DNA of 64,000 bases from Dimorphilus gyrociliatus (taxonomy: Eukaryota > Animalia > Annelida): assembly GCA_904063045.1 (NCBI GenBank), contig CAJFCJ010000003.1, positions 434,001-498,000 of the forward strand, in the 5' to 3' direction. Below, in pieces: positions 24,001 through 36,000 of the stretch. Position numbers and translations under genes: made by a program. The first letter of the stretch is position 1; each line of letters starts with the position of its first letter. The notes beneath the pieces were generated by a model. That model was not told where the DNA came from and made no database searches. It saw only the letters and a list, made by a program, of their open reading frames with translations.

Positions 24001-27000
24001 AAAATTGACCGTATCAACGGAATACATACATACGCCTACTGAACTGGGCCAAACTATATTTAAAGTATGAGAAATGAAATAAAGATTTTTTCCAATTCCC
24101 TTTACACAAACATGACAAACGCCAAACGGAAATTAGGATATAAAACATGGCAATAGGTGGCCCTAGTAGCATTGCCTACAGTATAATCGATTGACGAGAA
24201 AATTTTTTTTTCAAAGTAATCAATAAGGATCTACTCACCTTGACTTTGCCGGTGCTTTATACATAATATATATATGAAAAAGAGAGAAAAAAAAAACAAT
24301 TAACTAGAATACTTTAATTATCATTAATACAAAAGGTTCAATTCTTCGAAAGTGTACCTTGTTAAAGGAGATTTGTACTCTGTAACATTGCCGTGTATTT
24401 TAATTTTGTTGCTCCCATCTTTCGCAAGCGAAAATATATGGACTTTGTTAATAACTAGACCTATTTTGGTGAAAAACAATAACTCGTTAATATTAAAACG
24501 TAACGTGGGGTGCATATGACTGCTAACCGGATAAAATCCCCGTAAATAATTGATTTTTGGCCTCCATTGCGCCGGTTCCGATCAGAACTCTTTTGGCCCC
24601 TTTGAAGTGCCTACTGCTGGAATCTGTTGCAAAAAAAATGAATATAATTTAATCATATATCCAAATATACTATCATTTCTGTTATTAGAGTATAGATGGC
24701 GACAGGTGACAATAACGTTCGAAAAAGGTAAAAATTTTGGTGCTGAACGCCATCTATAGGGTATTTGTATCACAATTCGTTTGTCAAAATTGATTTGTTG
24801 ATTAGTTAATTATACGGAGTTATTGACAGGAAAAATTGAAAACAAACAAGTTAAACAAAAAAAAATTCGAAAAAATAGAATATTTCTTTTAAAAAGAAAA
24901 TGAAAGATATGTAAGGAAAAGGTTTTAGTAATTACTTGATTTTGATTGGTTGGCAAACTTTTTGAAATTATTTGGTATGATTTAGTACCAGTGAATTGGT
25001 GTGAAAAGTTAGTTTGGGTTATGCAAATCAGCCCCGCTTAAGCAAATATTATGATTTGAAGAGAATCTTAGTTGTTTGTACAACTAGTACTCTTTTACAA
25101 ACTTTTCTATATGTAATAAATATAGAATACACCGTTAAAATGTTCCAAACAGGTGAGAGTATTTTTTTTGTATCCTTTACCTGAATAATTTTCGATATAA
25201 TCCTCTCCAAGTAATTCTTTTAATAAAGAGGCTGCGTATTTTACAGAAGCATATAATAGAAAAGAAAAAGAAAGGCAAAAAAAACGGAAGAGAGATAAAA
25301 TAAAGAAATAACAAAAAAATGAATAAATTAAAAAGAGACAATTAATTCCGAGAAATCCATAAAAACAGGAAGTAGGCCGGTTATTTTGTATGAAAAAAAG
25401 AAGAACCAATAGGCTTTATATATATTATCATTCAAAAGAGATGAGATCGGTCAGGAAATGAGATATATAATGAGGCTCGTGGTTATATAAAAGGAAGAAA
25501 GGACGTTTGAAGGCTGCCTATTCCTTTTTGCCTTCTATCAGCATTAAAGCCGTATCTCCATAGATATGGACAGTATTATATTTATATATATATACTGTAT
25601 ATATACAGTAAATATATATAAAATACAGTATGTGTATTTATAGTGTATATATAAAATCTATCATCTCTTTTTACGTTGAAAGGGAGGAGAGCAAAAGCAT
25701 AGGCTTAGGTAAAAAGAGAAGAGAAGAGGGAACGTGTGTGGAAATATACCATTAGGTGATGGAAATGTGGGTGGGAGGATTTGTATCAGATATTATATAA
25801 TACATTAATGGCTTAATGTCCAATAATATTTGGTCGGCTATATTTTCATGCTACTTTTAGTAGGATAGGAGTTGTTTACCCTCCCTATGTAACCTAAGTG
25901 GCACCTCATTAATATTCCCCATTTCCTGAAGATATAAATTTAGACCAAACTTCTTTTTCATATCTTTTTTAATGACTTTACCTCTTTTCTTGGTTATCTC
26001 AATATTCTCATTCCTATCTACTTGAAGCCATGCCTTCTGGGCTTCACGCCGAAATCTGACAACATGATATTGACCATCAGAAACGTGCGAAAGAAGATAT
26101 AAACGAGATGCCGGTTTCTCTCCTCCAAGATTAAAAGATGCCAAAATGTTTCCCTGAGTCTGAAAATGAAAGGATATAATTGATATGCATTGAAATATAC
26201 AGGGTATAGTATGTGAAATGGGATACAGATGGCGTTTCTCCATTCCGATAGATAAGTATTATAGTTTTAGTAGGTTGAAAACTTACTAGTTCTATTTTTA
26301 TAAAGAAATTATGATGAGAACTTTGCAATTTTATAATGTCGCCACTTAAATCTGTAGTTTTGATGCCGAACGAAATTGTATCATTTAGGTTTGAGGCTGG
26401 ATGCTCAAGGTCGATATCGTAAACCATAAAGCTAGATTCAGAATCGGCCTTGGTCTCTTCATTGTGAAAGGCATAGGAAATTGCATCTGGATGAAAAAGA
26501 AACGATATCACGTTCACGGTCAAACCCCGTCCGACGGATAGCACTAATTCGGCACTCTCGGGAGGATGGGCAAGTAAGAAACAGAAGACATTATCGATTA
26601 TTACGATTATTTCTTTCTGTTGTTATTGTAAGGCTTGCACCCACCTCACCTCATTTCAGACTAATGAATAATTAAGAATTTAATCCAACAACTTACGTTG
26701 ATCGCATTGATTACCAACGAAAGAAGTCATTTCACAATCGCAACTAACTCTCGTAGGATGGAGTATGCATACACCTTGATTTTTGCACGTAGAATCGCCG
26801 CATTTATTTTCGGGAGCTGAGAAAAGAGTCAAACTAGTAATAAAAGAATATGAAATTTTTTTTTTACTTTTTTTTTCCATCTATTAATAAAGGAGAGTAA
26901 AAGTGAATTGTTAGTGATATTCTATAGGAATTTTCTTCCTTCTACTACTTTGATCCGGCTTAATGATGGAAATTCAAGTCTTACCAGAGCATCCGCTCTC

Positions 27001-30000
27001 AACGTTGCCATGCACATTAACGTCTTTCAGCGTGAGAATATTTGCGTAAGGCTTCAAATTGAAGATTCCGTTGAGATTCGCCAAACAACCCTGATAGCCC
27101 CTTCTCGATTTAACGTTTTTCGATGGTAAATCCCTGAAGACCAAATAACGTCTTGTTCTTTATCAGACAGAATTTAACACCAAGTCTAGAAACTATTCTC
27201 TATTGCATTAAGCATACACCGTAAAATATCTATTACGTATAACATTTCAAGAAGTTAACTAGTATTTTGTATACACAATGTTCTCTTCATTAATTGAATT
27301 CCTTTAAGAGCAACTGCTCGTTATTTTACTAGAAATCTAATTATGACACTTGTACGACGCCTATCTGTTCTATTTATCAGCTTACCGCAAATCCTCCACT
27401 CCGCCGACCCATACTTTACCGCTCGTCTTGAATTTTGTATTCTCGTTCATTCCCTTTATTGCGTACTTTTCGTCCACTCGTAGGATAAGCGATAACTTTA
27501 CACCTTCGGATTTGTATATAGCTATTTGGACACTGTGCCACTTATTATCATCGACTCTCATCGGATTTCTTAAGCTAGAGTGGTTTCCTTCAAAATTATA
27601 GACTAATTCCAGTCTAGAATTATGAATTTCAGCCATTAAATAATTTTTCGAATTGGCTCCGGGCATATACAAAACAACTCCTTCCGATTGAGTTGTTCGA
27701 AGTTTTAATGATATACCAAATGGTCCGTCTACCCTACTACCGTCAATGACGAAGTAATCTTCTCTACTTGGAAAATTAAAGGCGTAATCCTGTCAATCAA
27801 TATCTTAATGTTATCATAGGATTTAATAATTGTCATTATCATCCGTTCAACTGCTTTTACGTACCGTTGAAATTACAGGATCGATATTTGTTCTGTATGA
27901 CAAACCGCTGGCAGTTAAATCCCTATTATTATAATACAACTGTTGCATGCCGCCCTTGAACTTTCCAGCGCCAAAATTCAACGATCGAACATTTAAGATG
28001 TTCGCATTACGTTTAGTTCGACCTGAGAGAATCAAAAAACCATAAATAATGTATAAGAAAAGGGAGAATAAGTAGGAAAAAGTTTAATTAAAACGAGAAA
28101 AATAAATAACAGTAAAAAAATTAAAGGGGGGGAGGGGGAGGAGTAGTTGTTGGGTGGAGGGGGTGGTTCAATAAAGTCATTGATTTACGTGTCAGAGTTC
28201 ACTTAAAATAAATAATAAATTATACATTTTTCTGAACATAGAAAATCATTAATATCTATATTATCAACCTCTTACATCGAAACTACTTGATAATAACAAT
28301 AATGCTATTAACATTAAAATAAAAAATCATGCTAATTTATCCTATTGTTTCAGCAATCATTTCTTTATTTGCGGATCAATTACCCAGTTCATATAAGAAT
28401 AAATAAGAATGGATTATCCACTATTTATAAAAAAAACAATGCTGAAAAAAAAGGCCGAAAAGACCCTGGAAAAGCGTGCGCGCAGTTTTAATTAAAAGAG
28501 AAGTAACGCAGGCATTTTTTTTTCAACGAAAGCATTGATCTGTAAATTGATGAATCGGTAATTATTGTCTTAGCAACTGGTGTTTAATGAGCTGAAAAAA
28601 AATTGCTGTTCAGCGGACCGTCTAATCGGTTTGTCAATTGTTTGGTAAATGGAGGCGTTTGTAGCCAAAATAGGTAAACTTTATAGGTAAGCTGTATGTT
28701 ACATCGCTTATTAATCAATACTTCTACATTGATTTAAAAATGACAAAACTATTTGCATTATCTCAACTCTGTATCTATCGATGTTCGCCTCTACTGCAAC
28801 TTTTTTCAGTTCACTTGATAGATTCGAAAAAAAATATTAACTAAATGCTTGTACGAACTAAATAATAATAAAAATAAAAAAGTTCGACAATCGGCTTACT
28901 CTTTTTGATATTAATATCTAATAAGCCGATTCTGTGATCTCGCAAGCTTCAACAAATAGACAATAGGGTTTAAGGGTCATATTTTATAATCAACAACATC
29001 GAAATCAACAACAGAAAAACCCTACCGGAAGCGGAAGCCAAACCTCCTCCAAAGTCGTGAAAATCATCTGCAAGAGAATTTTTAGGAATTTGAAGCAATG
29101 GAAAAGCAAGAAAGAGGAAGGGGAAAGCTTAGTTTTTCTGGTAGTAATGAAATCGATAAAGAGAGGAATTTTCGCAGCTGTAACCGGCTTACCTCTAACT
29201 GTGTTCCTTTCGTCAACGCTTAAGGTGAGGCGGCGAGACGCCCTTTGCACTTTGGCCGTATGCCAATCGTCGTCATTCAAATTCGATCCGACGTAGAGTG
29301 TCTTAAGTCAAAGAAAAAGGCAAAAAATGAGAAAATTTGTTCTGGAAACTGTATGAGGAGCGTGATCATTAGATTTACGTTGGCGCCTGTTTAATCAATC
29401 GAACGTTTTTGAAGGAAGGTCAAAGCCAACCCCTAGACAATGAGCATATATATGTGAATATATATATATATGGTATATATCTAAATATATATTCGCATAC
29501 TGTCTATTGTAGTCGTGTTAATAAGAGACGCCCCAAAGCGTCGGCGAAACCTTAGAGGGTATAGGCGGTAGTTTATAGACTCTAAGAGTAAGTCGTAATT
29601 GGACGAGGTTTGTTGCTGCTGTTTTTCCACCAATATTCCATAGAGCATTGCAATTTTTTTCTTTAATTCTCTATCTTCTACTCATTACTAGCTCCCTTCC
29701 CACACCCTCTCTAATCCTTTTTGTCTATGCTGAAAGTTAAGAATGACGGATAGAGCTTGTGTAAGATTTACTTAATCTCGAATAGAATTACACGTAGACG
29801 GCTTTTCTTTTCGCGTCCGCCTTTTTCCCTTTGTTGTCCGGAATAGCCGTATACTGGAATGCGGAGATTGCGGTGGATTATAATAGGCAAGCGTCGAGAT
29901 ATATATACTCTTTGATGCCCCTCCTCTACACTTTTTTGCCGCCTTTGATTACATGGATGGCGAAAGACAGCCTCAGTTCTTATCATCCTCCTCGAATACA

Positions 30001-33000
30001 CTTGTGCCTAAAATATTCCGGAAAAAGCGCGTCTCGCTCGTCGATTTCATTGATCTCATTAATATTTATGCTGTCATTACGATCAACAATGACAACATGT
30101 GTATATTTTGTATTCGAAATCACGAGTCAATCGTGCAATGTGCACCTGATTGTTCGATATTGGTCTTCGATTGTTGAGAGGAGTTTCTTCAGTCATGTCG
30201 CATGATGTACGTTCCCTCCCCCTCATCTCTTTTCTACATCTGCTCTTTCTTAATTACACGGATAAGTGAAACGTCGCTACACTACTTTTAATTAATTGCA
30301 CTCGAGTTAATCTAGACCTATAGGCCTAAGGTCTAACGTCCTGTCACGAGCTAATCTCGGAAAAAGTATATATGTAAGTGTTTTCAATCAATGACTAGTT
30401 TTAAAGCCAATTTAAGTACTTAACAGTGTAAATGTGATACCAGCTATTAATTATTATAATATTTGCATATATAAATAGAGTAATAAAAGGGATTATTAAA
30501 CCTTAAGATTTCAATACCAATTTTATGATTCTATTGATATATAATAAATTATTTATATCTTCAAGCTCATTCACTAAGGCGCATATAATATTTGAGTTAC
30601 AAGTTTATTACACACCGAATACACACATCTGTCTACAGACGTATACCTTCTAAATTCTACATTTTTTAATAAGCCTACTTATATCAAACTGGCTTCTCCA
30701 CCGCCGATTGCTTTTTTTTTCAATTACGAAAATCTAGTTTTTTTAGCGGTTTTTCTCTGGACGAGTGTCACAATCATAAATATTCATAAATCACTTTTCC
30801 AAGCCGCGCTCCACCATCGTTTGCGGTTCGCATTGCTTGATTCTTTTATACATATATATGTATATATAGATATATATTTAATATATATCTATATACATAT
30901 ATTTATATCTAGCCTTGATTATATTCCGATTTAATGACAGAATATATCTAAAAAAAAAAGAGAGAGAGAGACTAGGCCTATTGAATGTCAACAATTGCCT
31001 TGTATTATTTCATAGTTTGCTACTGTTTTACTGCTAGAGTTACATTTACTCATATTCTATTCAATATTTTTACAACAAACATATTTCTTTTCATACTTGA
31101 ACACATCAGTCGGGATTTTGAATTACTTCATTTAGCTGGTACCTTATAAGCTTGATGCCTTTCTATTTTACGGTTCTATTTCGTTCTTGGAATATAAATT
31201 TTATGGAGAGAAAGGAACGAAGGGAGAATTACGAGTAATTTGTTTAATTAGATTTAAAAGAAAATTAAAGGCAATAATCAATGAAGAACTCTTCTCGTGA
31301 ATTGAATCTTTTGAGAGGCGGATAAACTATTCAGTTTTTCTTATTTTTTTTTGTTTTTCTCTCCTTCCTCCCTATTTTAGGGGAGAAAAGCAAATATTCT
31401 CTTTCTAGACATTCTTCCCACTTGGAACAATTGCCAAGTACACTCACCTAATATTTCGCGCATAACACAGGTATCATTCACTAGACCATACTTGTCTTTC
31501 GTAAAATTCAAGTCACGTGACCTCTTGCAGAGAGGTCACGCTCCATACGCAAAACTTATTTGCATAAATAGATCAATCTCGGAACAGATAATCAGTTTAT
31601 CTTCCGTTAACAGTATGATTAATGGATTTAACCTAAAACACAACGAATAGCAAAGGAAAAATATTAATGTTACTGATATAAAAAGACATCGTTAGAGAGA
31701 TGAAAAAATTCTGTTTGCACTTATGGAGATTGAACACGAAATTTGAGTAAAAGGTATATCCGTGCTTGAATTATTAGAGAAGTAGAAATATATCACACAT
31801 ATATGTATGACAATATATATATATATATGGAACATGGAAACAAAATGATATCAAAATATAGAAATTGTTTATAAAGCTTGTTCTGTATGCAAACTCTCTT
31901 CGGGGAGAGTGAAAAGAGCCTAAGGAAAACTGGGGAAAGAAATATACCTTGGGATCTGTCTACAATTTAAAAAGCGAATATTCCTACTTATTTTCGCATG
32001 TTTTTGCCTAAGGTATTCTACTATTCTTCTAGAAAGGTGAACGTGTTCGTTATTCCGTTCCTCTTCTCTTTTCACTCCTTTTTACTTCTCCGGACGTTAA
32101 TTAGCTTCAATGACCTAGCATTAGCATTCTACTTTGACGTTTAACTGTAGTCAACTCAACTAACGGCTATTGTTCTTTACTAAATATCAATCGACATTTG
32201 CGTAACAAACATTTATTCGCCGAATCGCCTGTCCGATCAGGCGTCTGGGGCGTCGGCAGCGAAATTCACGATTAAAAAACCGCAATAACTGTTTGAGTAG
32301 TTAATTAAAAAGTTATTAAAATTAACACTCACCTTCTTACCAGCTCCCAAGTTTACGGACAATTTAAGAACTCCTTCTTCAAGTTCTAGCAACATCTTAT
32401 CGGCGCTAGCCGAATCCGTTCGAAAGATTATAGTGTTGCTCTGTTTTGTCTTGAACCTTAAAGATACTTCATCTATTTCTGAATTTTCTACTCCTTCCAC
32501 AATCCAAAATTTGGTACTGCCGTCGAATAAAAGAATCGAAACGGCTAAAAGGGAATATATAAACATGGTCATTTGGTAACGCCCATCGCCAATAATATAA
32601 TGAAAAGTCTGCTAAACTACTGCAAAGGATGGGGAACTCAAACGCCACCTGTCGGATGTTTAAAAAATTCCCCCTATTTTTGAATTGATTCCTAGTTATT
32701 TTTCTCGGTCCGCTACTTCTAAAAAGGACTCACCAACTGCAACGTTTGCTATCCAAACGAAAGCGAGTTGTTTGTCACTTTGTCATAATTCTTTTTCAAA
32801 TCATTTGAAAACAAACGCTTTTTTGGTAGTTTGTCACTGTCAGGTGAAGGCCGGAAGGAGCTTTCTAATGTTTTGATAGTGTAACTAATTGCTTATAGTT
32901 TTTAACGGAAATTGTTTCAGTTATTAGCCTATAATTGTAGTCAAAAAGACTGACGGTGAATAGTAGACGAAATAGGAAAACGACAGAAATTTTTTTTTAT

Positions 33001-36000
33001 TCTAAAATTTGCTGATTGCTGCGACAGCCGCGCCTGAAAAGGTCTCGGGGATGAGTTTTGGGAATTAGATGGGCTGTCCCTAGTGCGGGAATTTCCACCT
33101 TCCGGTAGACGACACACACAGAACGACCGAGTTAAACAAGTTCTAACTTCCCCCGGAAACGGAGATAAACGTCGTCGACAAGCAAAACTAAAGTCTTCGG
33201 GGAGCCCAGGTGCATTCAGTCAGACTAACGTCTTTTCACAATTTCCGCTCTTGTCACCGCCCAAGCAAGAGCGTCGTTCGAACGTTGATAACGTGCTTGG
33301 CATGTTTTTTTCTCCTTCTCTTATTCCTCTTTACCAACTATTTCTTGTCGAGAAAAATGCCACTATAGATAACTTTAATTGGATTGGGGGGTCAAAGAAA
33401 ATCAAAAGAGGAGAAGAGGAATTCAGGCCAGTAAGAACGCCTAGGCTAGACGGTCTTGATTACTAAGGGATTAAACGCAGATCCCTTAGATAATAGAAAA
33501 AGTACAGTTTGCGGGACGCCACAAAAAAATTATTCGATATAGAATTCCATACTTCAGGCCATTGTCTGTCAGATAAGACGTTTCAGGCAGCAACCAGTCA
33601 AACGCGTTTATCATATTAGTGACGCCCAGCAAACGTTAAATGATTGAACAAAGTTAAGTGGCGGCACACTCGTTTTCGTTTTTCCTACAAACTAGTCAGT
33701 TGGTTTGTCAATACTACTTTTATCTTACTTCATTGGCTTACGCTCTAACACCAGATGGCGATTGAGCTGAGAGTACTTACGTTTATCGCAGTTTTTTCCT
33801 TTGAATGACGTGGCCCGACAATCACAGGTGTAACTGTCCCAGCTTCTTTTACAAATACCACCATTCCAGCACGGGGAAGAAGCACACGAACTGGCAGTGA
33901 TACTTTCACAGCCTCTCCTAACATCTATAAAGAGTAAAGTAACGTAATAAGAAGATAAATTTACATAAGAAACTAACCGTAAAGTGTTTGTTTTTTCTGA
34001 CTGTTCCATAAATCAACAACCCTGTCGTTTAACTCAACTCTTCGAATACAACCCTGAAAGCCGAATCCTAATTTTCCGGACCAGAATTCTTTTGGGTAAT
34101 CAGAACTCTGATTTAAAGCACCTAAATACAAACTACCGGAAGCTAAATTTAATTCTGCACTCTTTCGATCTGAAGAATATCTAATAAATTCGTCTTGGTC
34201 CAAGTAAACTTTACCAGTTTCTCCATTATGCTCCAAACGAACGTCATGCCATAATCCATCATTTACCGGTTTCTCGCTGATCTTTGCCTTTATCAATAAT
34301 AATACGCAATTAAGATTCTACTAAGAGAAGGTTGTTAAATATTTATTCTCTATTTACTTTCAACGTGCCCCCTCCGTAATTAATAATTAGATATAATTGG
34401 CTCTCAAAGACCTCGAGACCAAAAAAATCCTTCCTCCCTCGACCCATCACTAATTGACTGCTGTTTTGTACAGTTCGAAACTCCAAGTGTAATTTACTGC
34501 CTGGAATTGCCAGCCAAGGTTCTAGAATAACCGAGCTAGACTGGGAGGCGAAGAAAATGGCTTGTGAACAACCCTTAAAGCTAACTCCTCCTTCAATGTG
34601 AAAAAGCTGGTTCTCTTTTTTAGCCCATCGTAAAATATCTATTTTCATCGAATCTGCCTGATAGCCGACCTTTTTCAAGCACCCAGTAAAATTCTTAATA
34701 CTTTTCCCGCTGCCGTCCCAAATAGCGTCATCTCCAGCGCCTCCTAGATAGAGAAGAGAACTTCGAAGGCTGCTAAAGTTTCCAGTTATTGAGGTAGATG
34801 GCGTAGTGTGTTCTTTATCGACAGTCACTTTTACCTAGGGAAGAAGGCTAATTACTTACAATTGAATCTGTAAGTAGAAGATGCTTTTAAAAGGAAGAGT
34901 GTTTTTTTTTGTATGAGAAAAAATGGGTAAAAAATAACAAGCAAACAATAAAGGAATGGAGCACATGCAAAAAGATTGCCCTGTACGATAATGATGACTC
35001 TTATTCCGCATGCTTAGGAACCTTACCTCACAGATAGCTCGATTTATTAGCTGTAACATAATGGTGGATTTCGTGTTACACAATAAAATTGATATTACGC
35101 AAGATGAATTTTTTAATATAATTATAGATATATATTAAAGTACACTTATACGCATTTATTCAAATTTCACCTTCAAATTTCAAATATTTTCTTTCAGTGA
35201 GTATCACTCGTATACAAACTAACCTGCCTTGTTTTCCGCGCTACAAACACACGATGCCACTTGTTATCGTGGAAGTGGGCGGAAGGGGATGCGCGAATGG
35301 ATTTTCTTGGAGAGGCCACCAATTTGACGTCGACGATAATTTTACCTCGTCGCAAATATATCGTCAAGTGTTCGTTTTCAGCTCCTGTAGAAGAGCGTGT
35401 AAGAAAAAATATAAGATAATTATGTTAGCTGCTACCAATTAGCGAAAGATTTCGTTTCTCTCGTTTTAATTAGTAATATGCTATACGTGGATATTATTTT
35501 ATTAATAACTTTTGATTTTCTTCTCTTTTTTCGGAGCTTTAGTACATTACTCGTATCTTACCGGTGTAAAGTAGAAGGCCGTTTCCGTTTAGAGTCCTAA
35601 AATAGAACGTCACTTGGTCGTTCCAGGAGGAGATGGAGTGCTTCTTGCGTGCAGACAAATCGTAGCTAATAAACTGTCGACCGTCGAAGGTCGCTTCCAG
35701 TTTCTCGTCCAGTTGCTCTACAAAGCCCACAAGTAAGAAAAAGGGTAAAGCTAAATTGGCGAAAGGAAAGTGGATTGGTCAAGATTTTTATCGCCTTGGG
35801 AGCAATTCTACGGTCTTTGTTATGTGAAAAGCGCTTTGCATTGATCACGTGGACAATATGTCCTGAAGGTTTCTTTATAAGATTACACAAATTAGAGCAC
35901 ATTTTTTGCTTTTGTGTTACCTGGCAGAATTTCACTTATGTTTAATTGCGTAAGTACTTTGATATCTCCCCTTACAAATGCTTACATATTTAATGTAATT

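Noticed and set aside
26487-26696. Search for a beta-neurexin first exon before LNS6
   Set aside because: The intron is only 210 nt and contains no ATG-signal peptide-donor unit; the ORF-track GTG start is intronic.
26868-26880. 13-nt candidate micro-exon at the SS6-equivalent intron (LNS5-EGF3)
   Set aside because: Frameshifting as assembled and mostly an A homopolymer; only worth revisiting if the run length is a sequencing error.
32545-32572. In-frame intronic ATG giving MTMFIYSLLAVSILL (signal-like start at LNS4)
   Set aside because: The hydrophobicity is explained by translating the polypyrimidine tract; no independent promoter evidence.
33083-33466. 127-aa plus-strand ORF in a GC-richer neurexin intron segment
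   Set aside because: GTG start, no domain, no splice support; more likely regulatory DNA.
34860-34867. 8-nt exon with near-perfect splice sites in the SS2 intron
   Set aside because: Would leave a 25-nt downstream intron, far below the ~46-nt minimum seen here, and would shift the frame.
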